A DNA stretch of 62,838 nucleotides, counting the filler, from Craspedostauros australis (taxonomy: Eukaryota), in assembly GCA_030167865.1 (NCBI GenBank). It is 3 parts of 3 records of this genome, joined end to end, with 100 filler letters (N's around TTAATTAATTAA, not from the genome) between each part and the next. Parts side by side here need not be neighbours in the genome. Positions count along the whole stretch, not along the records: positions 32,080 to 60,569 come from JALAGF010006457.1; 2 more parts are not named here. One strand, written 5' to 3'. Made by a program: the position numbers and the translations under genes. Below the pieces are notes generated by a model. It saw only the letters and a program-made list of their open reading frames with translations, did not search any database and had not been told where the DNA came from. Below, piece by piece: positions 48,382 to 60,669 of the stretch. The stretch's first letter is position 1; each line of letters begins with the position of its first letter.

Positions 48382-49627
48382 CTAGTGCGGCAGCAACCCA
48401 TCCGGCGTGTTCCATTCGGCATTCTTCCAGTCCTCGCTGTTCTCGCTATTTGGTTCTGCGCGCTTCCATTGGAGTCGTTCCCACATGATTGTTTCCGGTC
48501 CTCCGCTCATGCATTCCAATCTGTACGGCACGAATCTCAGGGCCTGTTTTTGCAATAAAGTCGAGAATGGAGCGTGTACAAACAATAAATAATGATGGGG
48601 TAAGCACAAAGTCAACTCTGAAGCACACCACAAATCAATCAATCAACCAAGCAACCAACCGCGCCAAGCACGCTTCACACCGGCGCGACCGAATCGAACC
48701 CACCTGCATGCTGGCATCTTGCTCCTCGAAGCTCAGCTTGCCACTTTCGGCTTCCACACGCGCACGTTGCATGACCTCCGTCGTGTGCGCCTTGTTCTTC
48801 ACCAACGATCGTTCTGCCTCATCGCCACCGCCATCCTCCGCCTCCAACCGCGTGGATCCCACCATGGCAGACACGGACCACGATGGCAACAGCGGCAGCA
48901 CCGTATCCAACGGCATGGGATAGCACATGCCGTCACCGCGCCATTGCTGCGTCATCTCGCCTTCCACGTAACGTCCCTGCAGATGCAGCATGCTGACTGG
49001 CAAACCTGCTTCGTTCTTCGGGTCCACCAATTGATTTGATAGGACGGATCCCTTCTTGACGCAAAAATCAATGCCTTCCCCCGAGACGCGATACACGCTG
49101 ATGGTGCGCAAATTGGGCGGCTGCTGGTATCGCGAATCAGAGCGTTATTGTGAACGTTAGCGTTGTTGTGATTGTGATTGGCGGTCATGGTGGTGGTGGT
49201 AATGTGTGACGCATTGTAGCGACGACAAACGCACAAGGAGCAAAATGCAAGCGAGCGCAAGTGAGGGATGATTCAAAGCGAGAAATCATACATCGCATCC
49301 ATCTTGATTCGATCCAACGCAAGGTGCGTCCGCAGCCACCATGCGGCATCGACCACTTCAACTCACCGTCCCTTGGTCTGCATTCATGGCAAAGGACAGC
49401 ACCCAATGGACACCTGCACGTCGCGTCCCATCTTCATTGCACAGGTCGCGACGCAGACAGTCGTCACGAAAGAGCGTCAACGGTTGGTTGGCGATAGGTG
49501 ATCCCACCAACTTCCTGCGGACATCCAGCGCAGGCGTTGTCGAGTATTGCGATTGCAGCATCGACACGGTCGGCGACTTCATCAATCGCATCCAGGATGC
49601 GGACGATGCCTTGCGCAGGAGATGCAT
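48382..49627 (-). CDS. Divergent pyridoxamine 5'-phosphate oxidase-like (FMN split-barrel) protein; join(complement 49367..49627, 48704..49123, 48382..48543)
   Basis: Two phase-0 GT-AG introns give a continuous ORF. PPNLRTISVYRVSGEGIDF and C-terminal FVPYRLE...ERLQW...W...LLP resemble PNPOx. The basic Ser-rich N-terminus suggests a mitochondrial presequence. NAGNAG acceptor at 49120/49123. Confidence 0.6.
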
Positions 49628-50147
49628 GATAATAGCGGGTGGCTTTGAATTGCGTGGGTGCGTTCTTTCTTTGTCGCTCTGTTTGTGTTGTTATGAATCA
49701 TGAGGTCGGAGGCAGTGTTGCGCTGCCCCTCTCTGTTTGTATCGCGATGTGTCGCCATGTGCGCGAAGCAGGTGCGACGCGCATTCCGCCCATGACATTG
49801 CGTTCCTTCTTCGCTTCGCGTCCGCGATGACGGCGATCTGCGGATGAGAACCCAGACGTCAGGTTTATTTATTTGCATTAGGTGATTGCGCTTCTTTCAA
49901 ATTCAAATCTGGATGTCAAGAATTTGCATCCAACACCAACCAAAACCGTCAAGAGAAAGAACACACCAATGCTCGTGGGCGACACAACGCCACACAGAAC
50001 ACCACCGGTCGCTGACTGGCGCTGTCTCAGAGCAACCAACTTCTCATTCATAACACAAGTTGAGACCAAGGCAGACAACAACCAATTCACATCAACAGCA
50101 GTATCAGCAGTATCAGCAGTCTCACCAGCATCAGCAGCACCAGCACA

Positions 50148-52429
50148 ATGGCAACCTTTTCCGTCGAGGTGCGTTGCTTTACACGGTGTTGAGATATGCA
50201 GTAATACGACGTGATGAAATGGAAGGCTCCGAGAAGGAAGTCGAGTTCTTGCAAAGGCATCACTTCTCGTGGAGGAGGAATGGCGCGTTGCGGCGTCCTA
50301 CAGCCTGAGGTGTCATTGACTTTCGTTCTCACCGCTCGTCTCTCCTCTCTCTCTCGCTTCTGTCACCCATCGACACCAATGTTGCTGCCCCAACATTCCC
50401 CACGCCGCAAATGCAATACTCCTTGATACTGTTACATCGCACTACATTACTTGATATTATGTAATATAATGCCATAGATCGCCAAATCCGGTCGCTCTAA
50501 ATGCAAGAAATGCAAGGAACCCATCCCCAAGGGCACGATGCGCATGTGCACCAGCGTCGAACGTGACGGTGCCGACTTCACCATGTCGTCCTACACGCAT
50601 GTGGCGTGCTTTCGCATTCCGCGCAAGTACGTCAAGGATTTCACAGCGCTGGAATTCGTGCAAGAACATGTCGAGGATGGATCGGACGATGCCAGCTTGC
50701 TGTCACGGCAGGATCAGGTCGAGACCATAGCTGCGCAAATCGAGAGCGCGGCGGCGGCGACGACTGGAAAGAAACGTTCGGCTGCCGCCGATGACGATGC
50801 GTCGTTGATGGAGAAGCTCAAAGCCGATTTCAAGGCGCAAGCTGCGAAGAGCAAAAAGAAGGTTGCCGTGGTGGTCATAGATGACGACGACGATGACGAA
50901 ATGGACCAGCCCAAAAAGAAGATCAAGAAGAACAACAGCAAAAGCGGGTCCACATCCAAACCAGAGCCAACGTACAAGGACATGCAAAGGGTGTATGCGG
51001 AACATTGCAAGAAGACGACGGATGAAATCAAGGATTATTTGCGGTACGTTTCCTCCGTTGCCGCGGTAATTACATGGGTGGTAACAAATGTCACAATTGT
51101 GGCGGGTGGCGGGTGCGATGTGATTGAGAAATGACGAAGCAATGGGGATCAAGGGAATCCAACATGCGCTGTTTTAGAACGCGGAAGCGAATGCTTCATC
51201 CCATCGTTTGCGCGGATTGTGTACTCGCAACATTGGCTCACATGATACCGTGCTTCTTGCGAATCACATTCTCACGACTACCAACCAACAAAACTTCGCT
51301 CGCAACACGTGCTGCAGATGGAATCGACAAACCATGACGGGCACAAAGAATATCGTTCTGTACAAGGTGCTTGATGGTCAATTGCGAGGACGATTGCCGC
51401 GTTGCGGAATGTGCGGTGGCAAATTGAAGGTCGCGGAACAAGATGACAACGATGCCAAGAATGGTCGTTCGTACAAGGATGGATTCAAGGTGATCTGCGG
51501 CGGCGCCTTCGATGAAGAAACCCGGATGAGGATCGATTGCGCATTTGTCTGTGCTGTCAATGATTCCAACCTCAAGCGACTGGTGTGGCTGACGGAAGAA
51601 CCGACGGAGGAAGAGAAGGAGGGGCTGGACAAGGAGGAAGAGGCCGCCAAGAGCGGTGCTGCAGATGGCAGCGGTGAAGATGGAGGCGGCGGCAAGCAGG
51701 AGGTGCTGGACAAGGCGAAGGGATTGAATTGGAAGACGGGCAACCCCAAGGAGCTGAAGGCAACTGCAGCTGCCTTGATTGAATTCTGCAAGGAGCACAA
51801 CTTGGACATTCCGGACGATGCCAAGCAGGCACGCATGAACGTTGGCAGGCTGGTGCTGAGCATGAAGGGATCCTCTGCGTTGGAGATCGTGGAAGAAGCA
51901 ATCAAGAAGTATGGCATCGTCGCCGCCAAAGCCGCCAAGGCAGAACAACGCGAAGCAGCGGCGGAGGCCATGTGCGGGCATCCAGGCAATGCTCAACTCC
52001 TGCTGGCCTTTCAGGAATTGGCTCAGCTGTATTTCAAAGGTACGGCATGCATGGTGCGAATAGTGGGTTGCATTCTCTACTATTGTTGCCTTGTTTGTTT
52101 TTGCTTGCTTTGGGTGGAATGAAGTGTCCATGAACCAGTCATCGCCATCTCACATCTAGCGCAATCATTCACAACTTCAATCGTTTCCTTGTCTTCTGCA
52201 CCGAATCCACACCACAGAGGGAAACCGCAATGCCGGCTCCAGTTACACCAAAGCAGCTAACGCCATTCGCGATTTGGATTTCGAGGTTACCGCCGACAAC
52301 GCAATGAGCCTGACCAAGGGCAAGACGAAGGTCCAAAACATTGGCAAATCCTCCGGTGAAAAGATGAAGGAGTTCTGCAACACGGGAACGATGCAGAAGC
52401 TGGAAGAGAAGCGCGCCAACGCAGCGTGA
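50148..52429 (+). CDS. zf-PARP + PADR1 + Pol-X/Pol-beta 8-kDa HhH domain protein (506 aa), no PARP catalytic domain; join(50148..50168,50478..51043,51318..52039,52218..52429)
   Basis: PARP zinc finger FSVEIAKSGRSKCKKC...THVACF. PADR1/Zn3 LRWNRQ..TGTK..LDGQLRGRLPRCGMCGG...C...C. HhH_8-like N..L..AFQELA..YFKEG...YTKAANAI...NIGKSSGEKMKEFCNTGTMQKLEE. Three GT-AG introns keep the frame. Confidence 0.85.
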
Positions 52430-52480
52430 CGGAGAGAACGATCCATACTCGTAATCCACGTGCTCTTAAACCATGCAGTG

Positions 52481-53094
52481 TTACTTGTGGCACCTCGGGT
52501 CCTTGCTCTTCCTCCACCTCTCATCTAATGTCCTCATGTCACACCGGAATGCCGGTTTGCCCAATTTCTCATTGACCAGATTGTGTTGCTCGCACATCCA
52601 CTGGCAGAGTTCTTTTCGTGATTCGACTCTGAGAGAATCATGTGACGAATGAGTATGTGTGAGAGGATGGGTGAGTGAGTGAGGTCTTTGTATTGTGGCT
52701 TTGCCGGTATTGTACGCATTCACAGGCACACGCACACTCATCAATTGAACAGGCGAATGGAGTACGCAACCAGGCCAATTCACATGTCCACTTACTTTGG
52801 TGGATGCTCCTCGATGTTCTTCTGAAAATCAGCAGCACACCACGTGCAAGGATAGAACTCCGCCAATCCCACCAGGAACTGTTTCATCTTCGTTTGTTGG
52901 GTGCTTGACGGTGCGTCCGGATACCACGCCGTCATGGTATGGAGCAGGTTCCACGATGAGTGTCCCAATTCTGACGACCGCACAGGACACTGCGCTTTGG
53001 CCTTCGCTGCTGGCTTCATCTTCGGCATCGCCTTGCTCAGCAAGTCCTTGACATCGTCGCAGGCAGGTCGCTCGCAGTCAGGAGGATCTATCAT
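52481..53094 (-). CDS. ERV1: Erv1/ALR FAD-linked sulfhydryl oxidase; join(complement 52796..53094, 52481..52628)
   Basis: Motifs ELGHSSWNLLHT, YPCTWCA (CxxC), WMCEQHNLVNEKLGKP.F.C and ERW. One GT-AG intron. Confidence 0.93.
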
Positions 53095-53474
53095 GTTGAT
53101 TGTTTTTGTGTGATGGACTTGTGCTGTTCCCCACCAAAAAAGAGAAGTCTGCTCTCGCGAACATCACCCCGGTCGCCGACGTGCGCAGACGCATGTTTCG
53201 GTTCATTTCCATTTCGTTCCATTCGACTCTCGGTTGCAACAACGGCGACAAAAGTGGTGATGTGGACAAACGTAGACTCCGAAGACTCACAATTCGTTTC
53301 CTTCGACAACGATACAGTGTCAGATAAATCGTCTGTATTTCAACCGGTATGCCGCGTCCGACGTTTTGGTGGACGCGAACGGTTGAGAAAACTATCTAAC
53401 GGCTAATGAGGAATATAGGATCGAGTTGCTTTCGGGCTCTAAAAGATGAAGATGCGTAAGCAGATACTTCACCA

Positions 53475-55010
53475 TCACCCAGAGTTGCGAGTCGAACCTC
53501 CTGAGGCTCTCTTTCGATTGAAAGCTTGTCGCAAGCGTTGCGTGTCGATCCACGGTTCCATCCTCTTAGAGATTGGATTCAACTGGTCCATCTCATGTCG
53601 CTGCATGTCGCTGACCCATTGGGAGCACGCTGATGCCATATCTCGGGACGATCCGGTTGTTCCCGCGTTCAACAGATCGTATGTTGTTAGTCGAGACGTG
53701 ATGTCATCATGCCAAAACAACGTGATGAGGAATGAGACGATCTCCGTCCTACTGAGTGACCGCCGGCCGATGAGATCAAACACTTTGCGGGAACGTCCCA
53801 TTTCTCGATACCGATGCAACGGCAGTGCATAGTTTATCCACGCATTGTGGCGAAACACCTTGCGCGCCTCTGATACCCAATCATGCATCACAAGCACCCG
53901 GCCGTCTGAGTTCTCGGCCAGGCTTGCACAAAATTCAGCAACGTCAGGATCACGCGAGCAAAGGCGAATGAGGACTCGCACGGGCAATTCCAGGAGATCA
54001 TTCAACGCGAGAACAAAGTCGGTTCGCACGGTGGGTGATGTCTCTCCCTTTGCCTCAGACGGAAACCCGCCCATCAGAAGCATCGCGGAGGACATTGTTG
54101 CGTCCTCAATTTGATATGAGGAACGCTGCGCTGCGATGGCCTTGGCGAGATCTCTCATAAGGTTTGACAGTGGCGCGCGGCCACCCGATCGTGAACGCTC
54201 CATCGTCCGATTCGAAGAGCGCAGGGCGCAGTTGTGGAACCTTTCAACTACGGCAGCGCCCACCTGAGAATCATTTCGTCCAGCCTGTGGCGGAGGCGAC
54301 TGGCTACTCTGTTCATCGAGAAAGAGAAAGGTGGTTGGTATCTTCAGGACGTTGGAGAGCCTGTTGTGATACAACGCCGTCTCTTGCAATTCTTCCCATC
54401 TTGTGCACGAGGTTGCGAGCGGAAAGCTCAATCGATTGCTTCCATCCAACTGCATCCCGGAAAGACTCGTCTCAAGTGTCCTGAGACATATGCCATCTTT
54501 CGCCGCCATGCTGGCCGAGTCATCGAGGATGCAGAAGTTGAGGGGAAGACGATCGCGATGGCGTTCGATTTCGCGGACTAAACCGCTGGGGAAGCCCCTG
54601 TGCTTCAATTCTTCCATTTCTGTTTTTTGGACGTTGAGCAATGATGTTGGTGCATTTCGGCTCAGCTCTTGCATTGTTCCCGTCGGTTTTCTCCAAGGCG
54701 TGTTACGCCGTGATGAATATGCATGCAGGACTTCAGGATCTTGGTAATGTCCACGCACATCACCTTGCGATGCCCACAGCGAAGAATGGGAAATCGGCAC
54801 CCCTTGATATGCCGGCTTCGAGCCATTCTGCAAGGTGCCAAGGTCCGCTCGGATCGCCGCGGCTGCTGAGACGGTAGACGGTACTGAAGCGATCGAGACT
54901 CCGTCATCGTCAATGTCGATGCCGGACACAACCACTTCTTCCATTCCGGCAACTGTGGCGTTGCTGTCCAGCTTATCACAGTGTCGAAAGTCATCACCTC
55001 GAAACTCCAT
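53475..55010 (-). CDS. vWA-like domain protein (511 aa)
   Basis: Motifs ILDDSASM..DG (MIDAS-like DxSxS), TRWEEL, LPVRVLIRLC, DWVSEA..V..HNAWINYALPLHR.RE.G. This pattern resembles a vWA-like family I recall from diatoms. Confidence 0.7.
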   Translation of the reverse strand: MEFRGDDFRHCDKLDSNATVAGMEEVVVSGIDIDDDGVSIASVPSTVSAAAAIRADLGTLQNGSKPAYQGVPISHSSLWASQGDVRGHYQDPEVLHAYSSRRNTPWRKPTGTMQELSRNAPTSLLNVQKTEMEELKHRGFPSGLVREIERHRDRLPLNFCILDDSASMAAKDGICLRTLETSLSGMQLDGSNRLSFPLATSCTRWEELQETALYHNRLSNVLKIPTTFLFLDEQSSQSPPPQAGRNDSQVGAAVVERFHNCALRSSNRTMERSRSGGRAPLSNLMRDLAKAIAAQRSSYQIEDATMSSAMLLMGGFPSEAKGETSPTVRTDFVLALNDLLELPVRVLIRLCSRDPDVAEFCASLAENSDGRVLVMHDWVSEARKVFRHNAWINYALPLHRYREMGRSRKVFDLIGRRSLSRTEIVSFLITLFWHDDITSRLTTYDLLNAGTTGSSRDMASACSQWVSDMQRHEMDQLNPISKRMEPWIDTQRLRQAFNRKRASGGSTRNSG

Positions 55011-56361
55011 CTTGGTTGCGGCCGTCTCGTACTTCTTCTCAGCGTCACTCGCATGAACGAGTATGTCGGCTCAGTTATCTGGTTTATGCCCGTTGTGTTG
55101 TGTGGACATATGATGGCATTGACCTCGAATGCGCACAGATTGGAGTTGGGCGTGAAACGACGGCGAAGCCAGCACTGAGATACTCTTGTGTTCCCAGATC
55201 TTGGTGTGGCCGACTTCCCAAGGACCGGTGTGGACCTAACCGGATCAGAGCTGATCAGAGTGCGGTGCAGCGCGCCATTGTGCAACTCACACAAGGACCC
55301 AAAAGCGTGTTGTGTCTGACGAGCCGACCTCACCAAAACGGTGACGTCTGAGAACGATTGAGCGTTCGGGACGCAGCATGTCACACAAAAAAGTGAGTTG
55401 GTTGGACGAAGGCATTCTTGTATCTGTCATGACAAATTTGCGAGTACGAATGATGTTACCTTTATCGCGTTGGGTGGGCTCAGATTGTTATGTACTATTC
55501 ATGAGCTGTGTGACCTTGATACAAGAGTACAATAAACGTAATCCGGGCATTGGAGAAGTTGCATTTGGTGGCGCGTATGTGAGACGCGACCGGTTCTGAA
55601 CATCGGTGGTTGTTTGCTGTGGTGACAACTTTGGACGAAGACCCAAGCCACGCCCAGTGATGGTGTTGAATGTACAACGCGGAACACAGCTCTCACACAT
55701 CCTTGAAAATGGGAACAACCTCGAAGACTTCGGAAGCGAAAGTGTACAACGCAATAGTTATGATTCTGTCTTTTGTTTCTGTGACTGGTGACCCACAGAT
55801 GAGGGATAACCAACACACCGATCGATCCATCGGTTGGTGAATTCATTCCGCTTTCTGCGTTCTTGTCTATCCATCTCGACCAGCGTGCGTATGACGATCC
55901 ACGGCGACCGTCTCCCATGCACGCGTGTATCCAAGCTACGCAGTCTTCTATTCCGATGGGAAGAACTCTTGAATGCGACGCGATGCATGCTTTTGCCGTC
56001 TCGCATTGCAGCGTCTTGGATGTGAAGCGAATGTTCATTGGACAGGCAGGTCGGTGTGGATTGCCGCGTCGCCGTACGGCGAAGCCAAAAGGATGCGTCG
56101 TCATTGCCGCTGTCGCGCAGCTGGCTGGGACTTTCGCTGTTCTCTCGAATGACGTTGTATTAGATTGTCCTCCAATCCTCGATTGTGCGCGAGTCAATGT
56201 AAAGCATTCGGATTGCTTGTCTTTCGTTGCTGTCGCGAGCCTAATATTGACGTCGCCCCACCAACACGTACGTCGATGCAGTTGCCGGTGCCATGTTCCA
56301 CATCGGTTCGCCCACAACACATCTGCGCCCTCCCACACGAGCCAGAGTTGCATCAGGGCCA

Positions 56362-57158
56362 TCACTGCTTCGTGTTAGTGAGGAGACAGAATCGACACGT
56401 TGCCGGGCAGTTGCTCAACATGAAGTTGCGATTCGACTCGCATTCCCCAACTGCGCTCCAAAATGCGCAGAGCTGTGGTAGTCAGTCATCGTCAGATGGT
56501 GGTGGTTTTCGGAGGTCAATGAACACCCACGTATTGGAAAGGAGGGAGGAAGAAAGAGAGAACAAGTGTGAGATGGATTGCTCAACGCGTCCAAGAAAGC
56601 ACCTGTGATGATCCCTGAGTACTCGATGCCGACGACACAGCCGATGCCTTGCGCAACCACTTTACAGAACGTACCTCATTTGTATTTTTGCTAGATTTGA
56701 GCAAGGAGTAGAGATGCAACGCAAGAGAGAGGATATGGAATGAGAAACGATGGCGAGACTTCGGATACTTACTTGCCGTGGGCAGTTCCAACCACCACTA
56801 GCACAGACATAACCACAGCAACAGCTACAGGCGCTGCAAGACACGAACGAACTTACCACTTCTGCCGCACATCCTTGTACATGGGCATGACGAGGACCTC
56901 GTTGCCGAAGTACTCGTTCATCATGCGGATGATCTCGCGGATGGACTCCTTCTCCTGATCCGATCCATCCACGCGCTGCTGCACCCCGATGTCCACCGCT
57001 CCGTATCCGTCATGCGCGCGTCGGATTTCGAGCTGATTGTCGGAGCACAGGAACTCATCGCCGCTCGAATGGATGCACATTTCCTCCAACGCCCATGTCG
57101 CGGTCATCGACGCGAGGAGGGAGGCAGCGAAGGTAGATGCTGTTCGAAGAGATCGCAT
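56362..57158 (-). CDS. Small secreted ShK-domain protein (142 aa); join(complement 56857..57158, 56675..56690, 56362..56472)
   Basis: Signal peptide MRSLRTASTFAASLLASMTATWA. Splicing yields CKNTNELCAFWSAVGECESNRNFMLSNCPATCRFC, a canonical six-Cys ShK pattern. Confidence 0.85.
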
Positions 57159-59525
57159 TGTGAATCGAGCGGGTAGTACGAACAGAGCAGAGTTAAAAAG
57201 TATGGACAATGGTTGCGCCGATCGTCGTATTTGCTCTGTGTGTTTGTGTGATCGTGTGCTCGTGATCCGTTTTGCGCTTCTCGTGTGCTTGCGTGATGTC
57301 TGGGTACTTGACTCGTTCGACTGAAAGTGCGATTTTGGCGCCCAAAACGATCGTCAAAGAAATGTGAGGAGCTTCGCTGCAATCCTCGCAATGGTCTGCC
57401 ACACCATCCCCGTGACCAAGACGGCGTGTGCTCCCACCAGCGATCGTGCTCTTCGTGCATGTAGCTGTGCGCCGGAGGGTGATCTCCGAGTGAACAGAGG
57501 GTCCTTGCAGTATCAGCAGTTGTGCTGAAAGCCATCTCGAGCTCATCTCACCGCATCGAAGTTTAATGCGCATCCTTGGAAGATGGAACATGAACAGAAA
57601 TAGAATGGGCGAGAGTTCGAAGGGGAGATCTTTGCGACCATGGTTCTCGAAGACTTGTGTTGGTATCCGTGCACTCCATGGAAGAATGTACTTTCGTGCA
57701 GTAGGTCGTACAATAATACTCTGGAGGGTGGCAGTGCATGAGTACCGACTCTGCGGTTGCTTTGGGAGAGGGTGATGGGATGCTTTGGACATAAAGTACG
57801 TGACTGTCTGTTGTGTGTCTGTCTGTTTGTACCTTTGTGCATGCTGTTGTTCGGATGTTTGTATCTGTCTGCCTATCAATCAATGATGCCTTGGGGATGT
57901 GGTGTCCAAACAGGGCAACTGCGGCCCAAAACAGACAAGAGTCGTCGCAGAGTACTTCAGTTCACCAAGAGTATCATGCGCTGCGGGTAGTCTACTCCAG
58001 TCGACCACCTCTCTCAAGAGAGCGAAAGCAGGTTGATCGTCGATTCAGTCTATGTGCTTTGGTCATCGAGCGGCCCAACTTTCAGGGAAATGAAATGAAG
58101 TAGAGGACTCTCCTCTCTTCTCCTCTTCCCTACTCTCTTCCAGAGCACTCTCTTCGAGTAAAGGGTTTGCTTCTCCATCTGCATTTCTCATGCAACCTGT
58201 CGAATCTATTATATCACACTATATTACATTCCCTGCCCTCCGCTGCCTGCCAACCAAGATACGTCTTTTCGGGCGATAATGTGAAGAGTCATGTGCCTAC
58301 CATATGTACCACACATACTCGCACTGGTAGACCTCGGCCTACTTCATTTGTTGCATTCTCCTCGTGTTGCGAGTAGCTTTGAATGATGTAGTACGTGGAA
58401 CTCGTAAGTTTCAGCGTGTACTAGCTATGCTCACACTCCTGCTGTCGCCGATTGCCGCCAACGGCGGATGACTGAAAAGCTGATGGAGAGTATCTCTCTA
58501 GTCTTGAATGCAAGTCTGTCCATATTCGAGTCCTGAGTGCTCAGCAGGGTTGAGTCGTTCCAAGATGTCATTCTGACGAAATTCTGCGAACAAACGCAAA
58601 ACCAAAAGTGTCAACCTTCCACGATGGGAAACGTGTGAGAAACATGTGGGTGTGTTGATGAAACACGACCCCTCCACGAAATGCACACGCCGTCGTTGCG
58701 TTACGCTACAAGTGTAATATATTATTCTATAATATGATCGTGCGAGTTGCTCCACAACATGGCAGTCCGACCGGAAGTACTCCGCAAGTGCACACTCCAT
58801 GTGCTTCGAGCAACGATGGATGGAGTATCGTCATCGCCAGTGTCATCACCAGCAATGCTATCGACATCATCGTTCTCCTCGTCAATGAATGATCGTGGAC
58901 GACACGATGTTGGTGTCACGAGCTCAACAGCCAGTACGTGGAGACTCACCTTGAGAACCATCGATCGTGAAAAGGCCAGTCGGCACCTTTCGTGTGATGT
59001 ACGAGCATCGTGGACATCGAAAACAACCCGCACTGCGCCACACTACCGATGCTGCCACTACCAAACCAAGGCCAACAAGCTGCAAAACGAAACAGCGCAA
59101 AGCATCATATCACAACTCCGCTCATCTTCGTTGCAAGGCGAGGCAAGATGTGACGAGACGAAACACGGCAGAACACGACGAAAACGAAACGAAACGAAAC
59201 AGGTGTGACAACACAACACGATGCACGATGAGACGGAACATGAGATCATGAGGGAAGGTGTATTCTGGCAGCTCCATCCAACAAGCTTCGAAGCTGTTTT
59301 CATAAAATGAATGAATCCTCTGTGCGACTTGGACTTCTATCGCATGCATACTCCATTCCTCTCATATCACATCAGCGACAACTCACATCATCTCGTCACG
59401 TCCACGCGATGTGCTTCTATTCTTCATGCATCCGCAATGTACTGTCGCGGATTGCTTCAGCTTTCGGACATCACTCACACAATACCAACACATCACACGT
59501 CGCAGCCAACAATCATGACGCCGAC

Positions 59526-60569
59526 ATGTCCAACATCACGCAAGACAAACTCCTTCGCGCTGCCACGAACGGTAATCTGACAATGTTGAAGGAGTGGAAG
59601 AACAACAACCCAAGAGACGATCACGGTAGCATCAAGGATGACAATGGCAAGACTCTCCTGCATCGATCATGCAGCAAAGGCCACTTGGCTTGTGTGAAGT
59701 ATCTGTTGAAATCAAGCTCGACCTACATCAACATCCAATCCAACTATGGGAGCACCCCGCTTGTGTCAGCATGCTGGAATGGTCACCTGGATTGCGTGAA
59801 GTACCTGGTGGAAGCATGCAACGCTGACATATCCATCCCAGGTCGCCGTGGTGCAACTGCATTCCAGTGCACTTTCCATCACGGTCATTTGGATTGTGCG
59901 AAGTACCTCGTGGACTCATGTGATGCAGACATTGATGTTCGAGACACTCGCGGCCTTACTCCACTTCAATGGGCGTGCTCGCGAGGTCATCTGGACTGCA
60001 TGAAGTATCTGGTGCAATCGCTCAACGTCGATGTGACTATCGTGGATAGCGCTGGCTGCACGCTGCTGCATTATGCATGCCGACGTGGTGCTTCGGATAC
60101 AATGAAGCGCCTGGTCGAGTTATGTCCCACTGTCAATCTTCAGAAGTGGGATCAATATGCTTCATTGAATGTTGAGTGCTCTGGAGGTGACCCTTTGGAG
60201 GTTGTGAAGTACTTGGTGGACTCATGCAATGCTGATGTCAACGTCCAAGACTCTCGCGGTGCCACTCCACTTCATCTTGCCTGCACATTCGGCCATTCGA
60301 ACGTTGTCAAATATTTGTTGGAATCTTCCAACGCTGATGCCAATACACAAATCCACCAAGGCCTCACTCCATTACATGGGGCATGCTTGTGCGGCCATTT
60401 GGAAGTTGTGAAATGCTTGGTGGAATTGGGCAATATTGAGGTCAACATCCAAGCCAGTAACGGCTTCACCCCACTTCATTTTGCATGTGCCAGCGGTCAA
60501 TTGAATGTTGTGAAGTATCTTCTGGAATCTTCCAACGCTGATGTCAACGCACAAGACAATGAAGGTGTC
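59526..60569 (+). CDS. Ankyrin-repeat protein, 3'-truncated by the assembly gap
   Basis: About nine ~34-aa repeats of G.TPLH.AC..GHL.(C/V)VKYL(V/L)....D.N. The reading frame runs into Ns. Confidence 0.92.
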
Positions 60570-60669
60570 NNNNNNNNNNNNNNNNNNNNNNNNNNNNNNN
60601 NNNNNNNNNNNNNTTAATTAATTAANNNNNNNNNNNNNNNNNNNNNNNNNNNNNNNNNNNNNNNNNNNN
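60570..60669. other. Artificial scaffold spacer (N44-TTAATTAATTAA-N44)
   Basis: Same 100-nt spacer as at 31980-32079. Confidence 0.95.
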
